From an uncultured Planctomycetota bacterium (GTDB taxonomy: Bacteria; Planctomycetota; Planctomycetia; Isosphaerales; Isosphaeraceae): a stretch of DNA of 64,000 bases. Positions 62,725 through 64,000 of this stretch are shown one piece after another. Positions within the stretch are counted from its first letter, which is position 1. Each line of letters opens with the position of its first letter. The notes under the pieces are model-generated. The model did no database searches, was not told the origin of the DNA, and saw only the letters and a program-made list of their open reading frames with translations. The stretch lies in NCBI GenBank assembly GCA_963823665.1, contig CAWGMQ010000004.1, forward strand, positions 352,001 to 416,000, read 5' to 3'. A program made the translations under genes and the position numbers.

Positions 62725-63477
62725 ATGCCGTTGCACGATTGGTCGCGAATCCCGGCGGGGCTGTTCCACGACTTCCACCAGACTTGGTCGATTCAGATCA
62801 AGGTGGCGCTCAATGCGGGAGCCCTGCCGCAGGGTCTCACGGCCTTGGTTGAACAACGGAATGGTCCACGCGAATCGTACGTTCTGGCCATCGAGAGCCT
62901 TGCCGGGCCACGCTCCGAATTCGGCCAGGACGGCGGCGTTGCGACGGCGGCGTCTCCGGTCACTCGATTCGTGGGCCGAACCTCCAAGCAAATCTATGCC
63001 ACCCGCGCAAACCGTGTGGTGGTCAAGCACCGTTTGGGACGCGCGGTCGCCGTGATCGAAATCGTTTCGCCGGGAAATAAGGACAGCCGCGCCGCATTGC
63101 GCGATTTCGTCGAGAAAGTGATCGACTTCCTGCGCGCGGGCATTCATGTCCTCGTGATCGACCTGTTTCCCCCGACGCCGCGCGACCCGTTTGGCATTCA
63201 CAAGGCGATCTGGGACGAGATCGAAGAAAAGGACTTTGCATTTCCCGATGGCAAGGATCGCATTCTGGCGTCGTACGAAACCGGCCAAGCGCAAGCCTAT
63301 TGTGTAGAACCAGTCGGCGTTGGTGACGTTCTGCCGGCAATGCCACTCTTCTTGAGCACCGGCTGGCAGGTGCCGGTGCCGCTAGAATCGACGTATCTTG
63401 CAGCGTGGACGACCAGCTCCGAGGAATTCCGCTTGGCAGTGGAGACTGGTGTGATGCCGGAGGTGGATACCGAGTAG
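62725..63477 (+). CDS. DUF4058-family (PD-(D/E)xK-like) protein
   Basis: MPLHDWSR..AG.FHDFHQ.W, VAVIEIVSPGNK, HVLVIDLFPPTPRDP.GIH.AIW, VPLE.TY. Confidence 0.82.
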   Translation: MPLHDWSRIPAGLFHDFHQTWSIQIKVALNAGALPQGLTALVEQRNGPRESYVLAIESLAGPRSEFGQDGGVATAASPVTRFVGRTSKQIYATRANRVVVKHRLGRAVAVIEIVSPGNKDSRAALRDFVEKVIDFLRAGIHVLVIDLFPPTPRDPFGIHKAIWDEIEEKDFAFPDGKDRILASYETGQAQAYCVEPVGVGDVLPAMPLFLSTGWQVPVPLESTYLAAWTTSSEEFRLAVETGVMPEVDTE

Positions 63478-63528
63478 CATCGTGCAACACTCGACTTTGC
63501 GGTGCTGCACTATGCGAGGAGAGTCCCT

Positions 63529-64000
63529 GTGAAACGCTGCCGTACCCTGCACGTGTTGGTGGCCGCCGCCATCATTGCGGCAACCGCGCCGGGACAGGCG
63601 CCTGAGTCAAAGGCTCATCTGCTCAACGTCAGCAAGATGCAGAACTTCACCGAGATCGGCTCCGGCGACAAGACCAAGCCGGAGCTGGTCGAGGAATTCG
63701 AGGAGCTCGCCGGCCCGGCGATCAAGGTCGCTTTTTTCAAGGGCGATTCGGTCGGCGACCGCATCGCCAAGGTTAAGAACTGGAAGCCATTCGCCACGTT
63801 ACGCCTGAGCGCGTTCAACCCGGGGAAGGAGACCGTCACGCTCGGGCTGAACATCTTGCACGCCCGCAGCACGAACTACGGCACGCGCATTGAAGGGCCG
63901 GTCGTACTCAAGCCCGGCAAGAATGAGGTCAGCATTGCCATCGCCAAGCTGCGGAACACGAACGGCTCCGCGCCGGTGCTTACCGACATCCGCAGGTGGT
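63529..64000 (+). CDS. Secreted protein, running off the window end (possible carbohydrate-binding-like beta domain)
   Basis: GAGGAG SD with GTG start; MKRCRTLHVLVAAAIIAATAPG signal; NWKPFATLRLSAFNP...LKPGKNEVSI; no stop. Confidence 0.7.
   Translation, partial: MKRCRTLHVLVAAAIIAATAPGQAPESKAHLLNVSKMQNFTEIGSGDKTKPELVEEFEELAGPAIKVAFFKGDSVGDRIAKVKNWKPFATLRLSAFNPGKETVTLGLNILHARSTNYGTRIEGPVVLKPGKNEVSIAIAKLRNTNGSAPVLTDIRRW

Overview
GC-rich bacterial DNA whose gene content points to Planctomycetota, probably Isosphaeraceae-like: DUF1559 prepilin-like proteins, CRTAC1/ASPIC, ECF-sigma/Ser-Thr-kinase pairs, DUF4058, Uma2. This assignment is inferred from protein families only. Many genes are split by single-base indels, often in G/C runs, which suggests uncorrected long-read error, so I joined ORF-track fragments by reading across frames. 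From left to right: secreted hypotheticals; DUF433/DUF5615 and UPF0175/DUF3368 toxin-antitoxin-like pairs; hldE plus a TPR gene; a nucleotidyltransferase-HD protein; a kinase-less STK-tail gene before a large ECF fusion; and two membrane-anchored proteins with ExbD-like-looking domains. A ~30 kb minus-strand run follows: ECF-STK, a prenyltransferase-barrel/DUF4159 gene, an ebo-like ino1/TIM-barrel/UbiA cluster with two Uma2 genes, two lipoprotein-DUF1559 modules with CRTAC1/TPR/HEAT genes, and TolC-MFP-MacB-type permease. Then come a kinase-rich block with an ECF/STK deletion scar, a PemK pair, an STK-NTPase-FGE protein whose 3' end resembles a DGR variable region, and a redoxin/heme-c/Cu-monooxygenase-like gene. 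I recognised no rRNA, tRNA, CRISPR array, transposase or reverse transcriptase. Family calls come from motif recognition by eye, not database searches.
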